A DNA stretch of 64,000 bases from Macrostomum lignano (Eukaryota), in the NCBI GenBank assembly GCA_002269645.1, contig NIVC01000550.1:198509-262508 (forward strand). The letters are read 5' to 3'. The notes beneath the pieces are model-generated. The model ran no database searches. It saw nothing but the letters and a program-made list of their open reading frames with translations, and had not been told where the DNA came from. Below are positions 1 through 18,300 of this stretch, piece after piece (positions within the stretch are counted from its first letter, which is position 1; each line of letters opens with the position of its first letter). Both the position numbers and the translations under genes were made by a program.

Positions 1-231
1 TCGAATGCAATTTTAATTTCTTAAATTAGATTAGATTTACTGTACATGTAGGCATGGCATAAGATTTTCATTTGTGCTTAAACACTCAAAGACTTTTTAC
101 AGACTTGCTTTCTTCTTTAGTGAAGCATACTACTAAAGTTATTTTTAAAGAGGTACTGGATAGAATCCGGCATCTATATTTTTCCTTTATGTTTCATTCT
201 GGGTCATCTAATCTCTCATATATTTACTTTT

Positions 232-760
232 AATATCTCTTTCTAATCCTCTAATCTCTCTTTTTTCTCTAATCTCACTGTTTTTTCCTCTAATCTCGCT
301 CTCAGTCTAATCTTTTCTAATCTCAATCTAATCTCAGTCTAATCTCAGTCCAATCTCATCTAATCTCAGTCTAATCTTATCCAATCTCAGTCTAATCTCA
401 GTCTAATCTCATCTAATCTCAGTCTAATCTCAGTCTAATTTCATCTAATCTCAGTCTAATCTCAGTCTAATCTCAGTCTAATCTCAGTCTAATCTCATCT
501 AATCTCAGTCTAATCTCATTCTAATCTCAGTCTAATCTTATCCAATCTCAGTCTAATCTTCTCTTTTTTCACTCTTGTATCCTCTAATCCTTCACATTTC
601 TCCTTTAATCTCAGTCTAATCTTCTCTTTTTTCACTCTTGTATCCTCTAATCCTTCACATTTCTCCTTTAATCTCAGTCTAATCTTATCCAATCTCAGTC
701 TAATCTTCTCTTTTTTCACTCTTGTATCCTCTAATCCTTCACATTTCTCCTTTAATCTCT
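232..760. repeat. 11-bp-unit minisatellite (TCTAATCTCAG) grading into longer composite CT-rich units
   Basis: Tandem TCTAATCTCAG copies visible at 300-560, with longer repeated blocks at 540-760; source of spurious ORF 516..719. Boundaries approximate. Confidence 0.9.
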
Positions 761-1334
761 GTCCTCTTCTCCTAGTTTCTCTCTAACCTTATACATTAGT
801 TACGGACCCACTGACAGGTGAAAGTCAGGTAAAAATTTATCGATGACAGATTGGCCGAAATGCTCATAGCTGCTGCTGCATTTGAGACGGGAAGAAAGAA
901 ACGGAGTTGCTAGGGCTATGAAACGGCAAGGAAAAAAGTTTAGCCTCTCTCGGGTTAGCCAACAGAATAGGATGGAGAATCGACACTGATCCCACAGTTT
1001 GGGAAGAAAGACAAGCATATTTCCCAATTCCTACCTTTCCCTTTTTGTCATAGTTGCTGGGCATCTGCAAACTGTCACTCAACTTTGAACTTCACAACAG
1101 CCAGGCTTCGCTTTTTGGCCAGAAAAAGAGGACACGAAATAAAGTTGGGAATGGCGCAGAATAAAGTTTATGTAGCTAAAATAAATTGCCATTTTGTACC
1201 TTGCCTGTGCCATTGTTATTGTCGCGTGCCATTTTTAATTTTAAGAAGCCATTTTTATTTTTTAGATGCAATTTTATATATTTGGATGTCATTTTTAATT
1301 TTTGGTGCCATTTTTAATTTTTGTGGCATTTCTT

Positions 1335-1570
1335 ATTGTAGGGTGCCATTTTTCATTGTAGAGTGCCATTTTTCATTGTAGGGTGCCATTTTTCATTGTA
1401 GGGTGCCATTTTTCATTGTAGGGTGCCATTTTTCATTGTAGGGTGCCATTTTTCATTGTAGGGTGCCATTTTTCATTGTAGGGTGCCATTTTTAATTGTA
1501 GGGTGCCATTTTCAATTGTAGGGTGCCATTTTTGATTTTAAGGTGCCATTTTAATTGTAGGGTGCCATTT
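1335..1570. repeat. 20-bp-unit minisatellite (GTAGGGTGCCATTTTTCATT)
   Basis: About 11 near-identical tandem units. Confidence 0.92.
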
Positions 1571-2055
1571 TTAACTTTGGAGCTTTTGAAGGCTAAAAGA
1601 CGCCATTTTATCGCTTTAGAATGTCATTGTTAACGTTGGCACCATTGTCATAGTCAAAGCTAAGGAACTTACGAACTTGACGCCATTGTGCAAATCAGTG
1701 GCGCCATTATCAGAACTAGACATTGCGTAGACTCTATCTATGCAGCCAGGTCTCACCCTCATGTGTAACATCGATCCAATTCGTTAACAATCAAACTCTT
1801 AATTATAAGTCTAATTGCGACGCATTAGCCGTAGATGGCACAGATTGCTGTGAGGGTCCTGCGAGGAATATTTCTCTCCTTCAGAACATGAATCGGGCTG
1901 GCACCGCAGCCCCGGCCACTCAAATCAAATCTGTGCCGCCAGATTTAACGGGAAATTTATAACCCTCACCGGACTGAAGGGCTGCACTCCCAATTAGCTA
2001 ATGGACTGCGGTCTTGCCTGCGCGATAGAAGTAGTTACTTTGATAGAATGCTTAC

Positions 2056-2870
<815 letters not shown>

Positions 2871-3339
2871 CAGGACTGCACAGGACTTGCCTGTAAACCG
2901 AGAGCCAGGGCTTAGGACGTGAGGGGCAGGTGGAGGCCGGACTATTTCGAGATGGAAATCCGCAGAGATGGGAGCTTCAGGTCTCCAATGCGTGCCAAGC
3001 GGAGAAGTACACCTGGACAACTGTTTATAGGCCATGAACAGGTGTTGTTTAAAATTAAGCATGACTTTCTATCCCGGAAAATCAGAGGATGCCTGGTTGC
3101 TATCGCATGTACAATGTGGCAAAGATAGGTGTGGCAACTACAATAAGTGAGGTCAAAAGCAGTGGGTTTTTGGAGGACGATATAGATGGATAGAGATGGA
3201 TCGAAGTGGGAATAGGTGGATATAAAGCTGGATAAAGATTGGCAAGATGCAGATAAATTTATTTAAAGGTGCATAAATAGGAATGGATGCAGAGAGAGGT
3301 GCGTAGGGGTGGATAAATGCGAATAGATGAGGATTGGGG

Positions 3340-3847
3340 TGAATAGATGTGGATAGCAGTGGATAGATGTGGATAGCAGTGGATAGATGTGGATAGCAGT
3401 GGATAGATGTGGATAGCAGTTGATAGATAGATGTGGATAGCAGTGGATAGATGTGGATAGCAGTGGATAGATGTGGATAGCAGTGGATAGATAGATGTGG
3501 ATAGCAGTGGATAGATGTGGATAGCAGTGGATAGATGTGGATGGCGGTGGAGAGATGTGGATAGCAGTGGATAGATAGATGTGGATAGCAGTGGATAGAT
3601 GTGGATGGCGGTGGATAGATGTGGATAGGAGTGGATAGATGTGGATAGCAGTGGATAGATGTGGATAGCAGTGGATAGATGTGGATAGGAGTGGATAGGA
3701 GTGGATAGATGTGGATAGGAGTGGATAGATGTGGATAGATGTGGATAGATGTGGATAGATGTGGATAGAAGTGAATAGGAGTGGATAGATGTGAATAGGA
3801 GTGGATAGATGTGGATAGGAGTGGATAGATGTGGATAGAAGTGGGTA
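3340..3847. repeat. 10-bp-unit GTGGATAGAT/GTGGATAGCA minisatellite; left part of an array split by the retrotransposon, resuming at 9227-9290
   Basis: The same unit occurs on both sides of the element. Confidence 0.92.
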
Positions 3848-3936
3848 CTTACTTACTTACTACTGACGGGGGGCGCAGGCGCCGCGAATAGGCCGCGAGG
3901 CCCCTATCGCAACCCCAAGGTAAAAGAGCACAAGGA

Positions 3937-8814
<4,878 letters not shown>

Positions 8815-9649
8815 TTATCCCAGGATTGCTCCCAGGCGAGGCTCCGGCAGGCCCCCGGTCCACACTCTGCAAGATCAGGGGGCGGGAGGCCGGCTGTGGG
8901 CTTGGGACACAGGCGCCAGGTCGAGTTGACAGCCGACGCCCGAGCCCTCCCCCACAAGAGCGGCCCTCGAGAACCCGTGTGGTACCAGTTGCAACTAAGG
9001 GCTGTCGATGGGTAGTTGGCGCTTAGCCAGCAGCCAACTACTTAGCAGCCACCTGCCCCGCAAAAAAGCAGCAGGGGGGATCCGTCCCCCACCAGCAGAC
9101 CAAGACGAGGAAGCTAGCCGCTTCCACGCCAGGCCAGAACGAAAAGGAGGGGGAAGAGCCTCCTCGAAAAACGAAAAGCTGGCGGATGTCACAGAGTCCC
9201 TCGGTTTAAGTTGCCGTTTGCCCCCCTAGAAGTGGGTAAGGGTGGATAGATGTGGATAGAGGTGTATAGATGTGGATAGATATGAATAGGGGTAGAGAGC
9301 TATACTCAAAATATCTTACTCAAAAGATATTCGGAAAAAATCGCTCTGCAATCTCGCACGCCCACTTTGCTTAAAAAAGTACATCTTGCTCTCCATCTAG
9401 CTCCTTCAGCTCCTACAGCTCTCAATCACTGAGGGCAAGCCCTTCTCTTGGGAAATTCACGGGGAACTAATGAGCTTTGAGACGCATTAATAGACCATTA
9501 TAAGCTGGAGAAAGCTCAACTGGAGATTACCAGAAAATTTATTGATTGTGAGAAAGAAATCGGATGAAGCTGATTGATTGAGAATTTTTGACACGCAATG
9601 GACTGAACGCTGATCTGCGCTGACTGAGACAAGTGCTGGGCAAAATGGA

Positions 9650-10440
9650 GCTTGGCGCCACTGGCATCTACTTGGCGCCAGTGGCATCTATTTTGGCGCC
9701 ACTGGCATCTATTTTGGCGTCACTAGCATCTTTTTTGGCGCCATTAGCATCCATTTTAGCGCCACTGACATCTACTTTGGCGCCACTGACATCTATTTTG
9801 GCGTCACTAGCATCTTTTTTGGCGCCATTAGCATCCATTTTAGCGCCACTGACATCTACTTTGGCGCCACTGACATCTATTTTGGCGCCACTGTCATCAA
9901 TTTGGCGCCACTGACATCTTTTTTGGCGCCACTGGCTTCTATTTTGGCGCCACTGGCATCTATTTTGGCGCCATTAGCATCTATTTTAGCGCCACTGGCA
10001 TCTCTTCTGGCGCCATTAGCATCTATTTTCGCGCCACTGTCATCTATTTTAGCGCCACTGTCATTTATTTTAGCGCCACTGTCATTTATTTTGGCGACAC
10101 TGTCATTTATTTTAGCGCCACTGTCATTTATTTTGGCACCACTATCATCGATTTTAGCGCCACTGGCATATATTTTGGCGCAGCTGTCATCGATTTTAGC
10201 GCCATTAGCATCTATTTTAGCGCCACTGTCATCTATTTTAGCGCCACTGTCATTTATTTTAGCGCCACTGTCATTTATTTTGGCGACACTGTCATTTATT
10301 TTAGCGCCACTGTCATTTATTTTGGCACCACTATCATCGATTTTAGCGCCACTGGCATATATTTTAGCGCCACTGTCATCTATTTTGGCGCCACTGGCAT
10401 CTATTTTGGCGCCACCGGCATCTATTTTGGCGCCACTGGC
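9650..10440. repeat. 21-bp-unit minisatellite (GCGCCACTGGCATCTATTTTA)
   Basis: About 37 degenerate units; source of the LAPLASI ORFs. Confidence 0.93.
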
Positions 10441-10964
10441 ACTACTGTGGCACCATAACTTGAGAACTGCTCATTGCAAGCTCATATGCATATGCAAAGG
10501 AGGGTTGTAAAAATGGGTGGTAAAAGTCTGACTTAAAAAATAACCGGTTCGAACTCGAAAGGCCGACTCAGAAGGAACCCTCGAGCTGACAGGCCATCTC
10601 CCTTCCCCACCATCAAATTCGGGGGAGTTCTCCACTCGAACCCAGCAATGGCCTCACCGGAAAGGGGAGTGCTGGCACTCTTCACTCAAGAGTCATTGGC
10701 CTTGCCTTCCCAGCAAATTGAGCTCCCAGCAAAGAAGACCCCAGTGTTAGTACAGTCTCAACAGCTGGTCTGCTTTCATATAGTGGCGTCTTGTAAGGAT
10801 TCTTGTCAGAAATCGCACTGTTCTGACACTACAGCTCTTCCTTCTCACCCAGCGCTTTCGCAATTTGGCTCTCTGAATCTGCAGCAGCACATTAATTCGA
10901 TTGATAGCTTCATTCCTTCAGGTTTAATTTCAACCTCAGCTTCAGAGCAACTGCATCCGTCATT

Positions 10965-11480
10965 AATGCCATCCAATCTCATCCGTCATTAATGCCATCC
11001 AATCTCATCCATCATTAATGCCATCCAATCTCATCCATCATTAATCCCATCCAATCTCATCCATCATCAATGCCATCCAATCTCATCCATCATTAATGCC
11101 ATCCAATCTCATCCATCGTCAATGCCATCCAATCTCATCCGTCATTAATGCCATCCAATCTCATCCATCATTAATGCCATCCAATCTCATCCATCATTAA
11201 TGCCATCCAATCTCATCCATCATTAATGCCATCCAATCTCATCCATCATTAATCCCATCCAATCTCATCCGTCATCAATCCCATTCACTTTCATTCATCA
11301 TTAATCCCATCCAATCTCATCCATCACAAATCTTATCCTTCAATAATATCATCCCATCTCATCCATTACAAATCTTATCCATCACAAATCTCATCGCATC
11401 TTATCCATCATTAATTTTATCCTATCTTATCCATCATCAATCTCATCTAATCTCATCCATTATCGATCTCATCCAATCTC
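10965..11480. repeat. 26-bp-unit minisatellite (TAATGCCATCCAATCTCATCCATCAT), degenerate at the right end
   Basis: Visible tandem copies. Confidence 0.9.
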
Positions 11481-11734
11481 ATCCAATCAGGCAGCGCACA
11501 AAAATAGTAACCATTTTTCGGAGTTTTAAATGTGTGTACACAATCGCTGGTAAACAGGTATTTGTTGATAATGTGCTCATGTATTTGGGTAGTGCCTAAA
11601 ACCAACAACAACTATGAGCGCAGGCTCATCTTGCAATACAGTAATATAGCAAATATGAGATACATGTAAGGCATGCAGATTGCATTGTGTAAGATATGAA
11701 TTATTATCGCACCAATTTGAAGTGCTCTGACTCA

Positions 11735-12125
11735 TTTTTGATGACCCTGTCCCATTTTGGTGACCCTAACCCACTTTAGTGACCCTGATCTATTATGGAG
11801 ACCTTGCAGAACCATTTTGGTGACCTGGACCCATTTTGGTGACCCTGATCCATTATGGAGACCCTGACCCATTTTGGTGACCCGGACCCATTTTGGTGAC
11901 CCTAGCTGATACATTATGGAGACCCTGACCCATTATGGTGACACTGACCCATCTTGTTGACCCTGACCCATTTTGGTGGCCCTGACCCAGCCATTTTGGT
12001 GACTTTGACCCATTATGGTGATACTGACCCATCTTGGTGGCCCTGACCCATTTTGGTAGCCCTGACCCATTTAGCTGAACCTCACTCATTTTAGTGACCC
12101 TGGACCCATTTCGGTAGCACTGACC
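11735..12125. repeat. ~19-bp degenerate minisatellite (GACCCTGACCCATTTTGGT)
   Basis: Visible tandem copies about 190 bp downstream of the Hox stop codon. Confidence 0.85.
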
Positions 12126-12314
12126 CAACATCATAGGATTAAAATTCTGCGCAAATAAAGTAACAGGATAAAATACCGAACCGAAACTACACTACTGACT
12201 AGCGATAAAACCTGATCAGTAGTGTAGAACGCACGCGTGCACAAAAATTTAAAAACTATTTTATAGATTACAATCATAGCTACAGTGTTGTTCTTCTGCA
12301 TGAAGAAAATTTTT

Positions 12315-15300
12315 TCAGACGCCGCCGTACAGACCACCACCGCCGACGCCGCAGGCAGCATCCAGTTCATCGACGCCTTCGTCATCTTCATCATCGCCAA
12401 ACGCGTTAGTCGACTTCTTTGACTCGGCGTTCAACTCGCGAATTTGTTGCTTCTCTTTTTTCAGTTTCATTCGTCGGTTTTGAAACCAAATTTTGATTTG
12501 CCGCTCCGTGAGGCCCAGCAGGTGGGCGATCTCGATTCGACGCCTGCGTGTCAAGTAGTTGTTGAATTTGAACTCCTTCTCCAGCTCCAGGGTCTGCTGA
12601 CGGCTGTAGGTCTGGCGCCCGCTGCGGCGCTGCACCGAGTTCGGACCTGCAACAGGTAGGGATAGGAGAGTGTCAGGAGAGGAGTTGGGGTGTCAGGAGA
12701 GGAGTTGGGGTGTCAGGAGAGGAGTTGGGGTGTCAGGAGAGGAGTTGGGGTGTCAGGAGAGGAGTTGGGGTGTCAGGAGAGGAGTTGGGGTGTCAGGAGA
12801 GGAGTTGGGGTGTCAGGAGAGGAGTTGGGGTGTCAGGAGAGGAGTTGGGGTGTCAGGAGAGGAGTTGGAGTGTCAGGAGAGGAGTTGGGGTGTCAGGAGA
12901 GGAGTTGGGGTGTCAGGAGAGGAGTTGGGGTGTCAGGAGAGGAGTTGGGGTGTCAGGAGAGGAGTTGGGGTGTCAGGAGAGGAGTTGGGGTGTCAGGAGA
13001 GGAGTTGGGGTGTCAGGAGAGGAGTTGGGGTGTCAGGAGAGGAGTTGGGGTGTCAGGAGAGGAGTTGGGGTGTCCGGAGAGGAGTTAGGGTGTCAGGAGA
13101 GGAGTTGGGATGTCAGGAGAGGAGTTGGGGTGTCAGGAGAGGAGTTGGGGTGTCAGGAGAGGAGTTGGGGTGTCAGGAGAGGAGTTGGGGTGTCAGAAGA
13201 GGAGTTGGGGTGTCAGGAGAAGAGTTGGGGTGTCAGGAGAGGAGTTGGGGTGTCAGGAGAGGAGTTGGGGTGTCAGGAGAGGAGCTGGGGTGTCAGGAGA
13301 GGAGTTGGGGTGTCAGGAGAGGAGTTGGGGTGTCAGGAGAGGAGTTGGGGTGTCAAGAGAGGAGTCGGGCTGTCAGGTGAGGAGTTGGGGTATTGGGAGA
13401 GGAGTTGGGCTGTCAGGTGAGGAGTTGGGGTATTGGGAGAGGAGTTGGGTGTCGGGAGAGGTTGGAGTGTCAGGAGAGGCTCTGTAATCTCATTAGTGGC
13501 ACTGTCATCTCAGGAGAGGCACTGCAATCTCAGGAGAGGCACTGTAATCTCAGGAGAGGCACTGCAATCTCAGGAGAGGCACTGTAATCTCAAGAGAGGC
13601 ACTGCAATCTCAGGAGAGGCACTGTAATCTCAAGAGAGGCACTGTCATCTCAGGAGAGGCAATGCAATCTGACAAGATCAACTTGTGTATAAAAGACACT
13701 GCAGCGTCAGGAACAAGCCTATATACATTATCTGAAGAATACATGGAGAAACGTTAAAATCAAGTTTCCTAATGTCTAAGCGTACAAACGTACCCAATAA
13801 ATCAATGCCTTCTTTTCCCTATAGGGTTAGGGTAAGGGCTAGGATAGGTACACGGTCAGGCACCAACGTGGGTGGGCTTGACTGGGTGAGAAATCGCTAG
13901 AATTATTGGAATATTATCTCTATATCCTTCTGCAGCTCCACTTTCACCTGTTGCCTTATAGTAATAATCCTAATCCTGATAACACTAGCGGTTGGGATAT
14001 CAGAGGACATAAAAATGGTCATAACTGTCAACTCCTACTGGCGGTAGGAGAGGGGTTTCAGCGGTTTCTAATACAGCTTTCGCCAGAAAGAAGATATCTG
14101 CTGCTTCTAGAGCAAAGCAAAACATCAAAGGGGGGGGCCAAGTGTTTCATATGCAAGCACTGGTTCGAGGGAAATAGAAGGAAGGGTGGAGCTTATTCTC
14201 CAGGTGCTCTGATTTATAACCCAAGTTTTTGGTCCAGTCTAGCAGCCAAGGACTACCGATCTTCAGGGGTGGCAGTGACTATCCCCACCGATCCTTCAGG
14301 GGTGGCAGTGACTATCCCCACCGATCCTTCAGGGGTGGCAGTGACTATCCCCACCGATCCTTCAGGGGTGGCAGTGACTATCCCCACCGATCCTTCAGGG
14401 GTGGCAGTGACTATCCCCACCGATCCTTCAGGGGTGGCAGTGACTATCCCCACCGATCCTTCAGGGGTGGCAGTGACTATCCCCACCGATCCTTCAGGGG
14501 TGGCAGTGACTATCCCCACCGATCCTTCAGGGGTGGCAGTGACTATCCCCAACGATCCTTCAGGGGTCCCCCACCGATCCTTCAGGGGTCCCCCACCGAT
14601 CCTTCAGGGGTGGCAGTGAAAATCCCCACCGATCCTTCAGGGGTCCCCCACCGATCCTTCAGGGGTGGCAGTGACTATCCCCAACGATCCTTCAGGGGTG
14701 GCAGTGACTATCCCCAACGATCCTTCAGGGGTCCCCCACCGATCCTTCAGGGGTCCCCCACCGATCCTTCAGGGGTGGCAGTGAAAATCCCCACCGATCC
14801 TTCAGGGGTCCCCCACCGATCCTTCAGGGGTGGCAGTGACAATCCCCACCGATCCTTCAGGGGTGGCAGTGACTATCCCCAACGATCCTTCAGGGGTCCC
14901 CCACCGATCCTTCAGGGGTGGCAGTGACAATCCCCACCGATCCTTCAGGGGTCCCCCACCGATCCTTCAGGGGTGGCAGTGACAATCCCCACCGATCCTT
15001 CAGGGGTCCCCCACCGATCCTTCAGGGGTGGCAGTGACAATCCCCACCGATCCTTCAGGGGTCCCCCACCGATCCTTCAGGGGTGGCAGTGGCTGTTGTT
15101 CCATTTTTCAGGAGTGGCATCTTCAAGGTTCAGGGGGTGCTTCAGGCCAATCTCTCCGGTTTGTCCAGTTTCCGAAATCCCAGTCTAGTCGTTAGTTTCC
15201 AGACGTCCCTGGCCGGCGGTGAGGTTTTACCCCTAAACCTTGCTTTTTATTTCATTTTCTTCTGCGGTTTAGTCATGGCTATTCGAAGAAGCCATGCAGG

Positions 15301-18300
15301 CCTCATTCAATAGTAAAATAACTTTTTTATCACCCGACTCGGCCTAGCGCGGGCTTCGCACAGATAATCAAAAAAAGAAATGAAGATTAGAGGCCCAAGA
15401 GTTACGAGGCGTGACGGTTTTTATGGCCATAGATTGATTTATACGGCGCACCTCAGTGTTGGGTTGAGAATGGCTATGCTTGGTAAGCTGGTTTATCGTA
15501 TAGAGAGTCATTCAAAAATTGGGTGCCCCCACGATAAAACAAACGGCGCCCACAACAAACGGCGCCCACAACAAATGGCGCCCACAACAAATGGCGCCCC
15601 TCAAAAAACGGCGCCCCACAACAAAAGGCGGCCCACAAAACACGGCGCCCATAAACACACGGCACCCCACAAAAAACGGCGCCCCAAAACACACGGCACC
15701 CCACAAAAAACGGTGCCCATAAACACACGGCACCCCACAAAAAACGGCGCCCCAAAACACACGGCACCCCACAAAAAACGGCGCCCACAACAAACGGCGC
15801 CCACAACAAATGGCGCCCACAACAAATGGCGCCCCTCAAAAAACGGCGCCCCACAACAAAAGGCGGCCCACAAAACACGGCGCCCATAAACACACGGCAC
15901 CCCACAAAAAACGGCGCCCAAAACACACGGCACCCCACAAAAAACGGCGCCCATAAACACACGGCACCCCACAAAAAACGGTGCCCATAAACACACGGCA
16001 CCCCACAAAAAACGGTGCCCATTAACACACGGCACCCCACAAAAAACGGCGCGCCCTACAACAAACGGCGCCTCATATTAAATGGCGATGGCGCCCCACA
16101 ACAAACGGCGCCCCACAAAAAATGGCGCGCCACAACAAACTTTTAACCAACGTTATAACAACCACATAAGCGCCTGGGGAACAATGGCCCATGCGTGCAT
16201 GGGATAAAGTTTTTTATGCCTGAACATATTTTTCTTACGCGCAAGAAAGGAATAGCGCGGTGAATTTCGAAAAAAATTGTTTTGAAAAAATATGCGTCAA
16301 TTATATATAAACCTATGTACGCTTGTATCCATATAGCTTGTATAGACACTTCTTATTTTCGTTTGAAGTTGCAAGTGTGGTCGGGTCGGCGGCATAGGAA
16401 GTCGTATTACACCCTTTCAGAGAGAGAGAGGTATCATAGTTGCCGCTAGCAAAAGAACAACCAAGGCAAAAAAGTGTCTGACCGAGAGCCTTGGCCTCCA
16501 GACTTGCAGGTGGTTGCAAGAGGAGAGAGGGTGTGTAGGCTCGTATTAACGAAGAGGGAGTGCGTCTGAGCGCTTTTTATTGCTTTACAACCTGTGTGCA
16601 GAAACTAGACGATTTTTGGGATTCGAAGCGCGAAAAATGTCTTGGAACTGCGAACTGCACGCGAGCGATGCGATTTGGGGAATTTTAGGTACACCTTTTA
16701 AGGATGTATTTAGCAAACTGGTGGACTGCTTCTGTTCGTATTTCTCCTGTGTATGAGAAGGTTTAATTAGATGTGCTCAGAGAGAATCTCAAAAAACAGT
16801 TGATTCCTAAAATTCAAGAAATTGTAAGCGAAAACTGCAAAAAGATTTAGGCGGAAACTTCAAGTACATTGTAGGCGGAAACTTCAAAGAGATAGTAAGC
16901 GGAAACTTCAAGTACATTGTAGGCGGAAACTTCAAAGAGATAGTAAGCGAAAACTTCAAGTACATTGTAGGCGGAAACTTCAAAGAGATAGTAAGCGGAA
17001 ACTTCAAGTACATTGTAGGCGGAAACTTCAAAGAGATAGTAAGCGGAAACTTCAAGTACATTGTAGGCGGAAACTTCAAAGAAATTGTAGGCGGAAACTA
17101 CAAATACATTGTAGGCGGAAACTTCAGAGATATTGTAGTCAACATTACTAAGAGATTGCTGGCAGAAACTTCAGAGAGATTGCAGGCGGAAACTTCAGAG
17201 AGATTGCAGGCGGAAACTTCAGAGAGATTGTAGGCGGAAACTTCAAAGAGATTGTAGGCGGAAACTTCAAAGAGATTGTAGGCGGAAACTTCAAAGAGAT
17301 TGTAGGCGGAAACTTCAAAGGCGGAAATTCTAAATACATTGTAGGTGGAAACTACAAAATTATTTTACTCATGGTCGGAAAGTCCGAACGATATTTACAA
17401 TTTCAGTTGAAATTTCAATTTGATATAAACGCAATTCAATTTTACGATCACAGAATTAAATTTGCATGATTTAATTCCTCAACTAATGACATTAGCCGTA
17501 TGAACAAAACTTTATTATAGTAACCCCCATTTTTACCGTGCGCGAGGCCAGCCTTTCACACACATGACTCACACAGCAGTTGTTTTCTTTTTCAACACAT
17601 TAATAGATTTATGTATAGAATTTTTCGATCACTGCATACTCCGTATGGAGCAGAGCTCAAACAAACAGCTGTATTTATAGGACAAGAAGAGCCATGTCTT
17701 CATATTGTGTATTTCTGAAGCCGTTAATCAAAGATTTAGATCCTAGATGATCTATATGGGGACTATTTTTGGTTTGGTTCGTTTTTAACAAATATCTATA
17801 TTAACCCAAGCATAGCACTAAAATCTAGGATTTATGTATAGAAAAGGGATTTGGTTTGGAAATGAATTTTTATTTGCTAAACGCTGCAATACTTAATACG
17901 AATTATAGCTCATAAGTTTATTTTTCGAGTTGTAATAAACAAATTAATGCGAAATTAAATCCACTGAAGATTCAGAGAGGAAAGCTTGTGAACATTGTCG
18001 TTATAGTTTGTGAAGTTTCCGGTTAGTTTGTGAATTTTTTATTCTAGTTTGTGAAGTTTGTGGTTAGTTTGTGAAGCTTCTGGTTAGTTTGTGAAATCTG
18101 TGAAGTCTCATGGTTAGTTTGTGAAAATTGTGATGTTTCTGGTTAGTTTGTGAAATCTGTGAAGTCTCATGGTTAGTTTGTGAAAATTGTGATGTTTCTG
18201 GTTAGTTTGTGAAATCTGTGAAGTCTCATGGTTAGTTTGTGAAAATTGTGATGTTTCTGGTTAGTTTGTGATATTTCTGATTCTACTTTGTGAAGTTTGG

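Noticed and set aside
800-1082. Short ORFs and possible mini-exons at 800-1082, 1723-1962 and 2885-3062
   Set aside because: No recognisable domain and no convincing in-phase exon chain.
13820-13850. TAGGGTTAGGGTAAGGG telomere-like words (also ~37195-37210)
   Set aside because: Only 2-3 degenerate units; not an interstitial telomere array.
14260-15090. CRISPR-like appearance of the 33-bp partly palindromic repeats (also 20868-22120 and 29145-30355)
   Set aside because: Units are directly adjacent with no unique spacers, there are no cas genes, and the context is eukaryotic.
15320-15370. Helitron/Helentron-like end (TTTTTATCACCCG...CTAGCGCGGGCTTCGC)
   Set aside because: No partner end, and the hairpin-CTAG geometry is not canonical.
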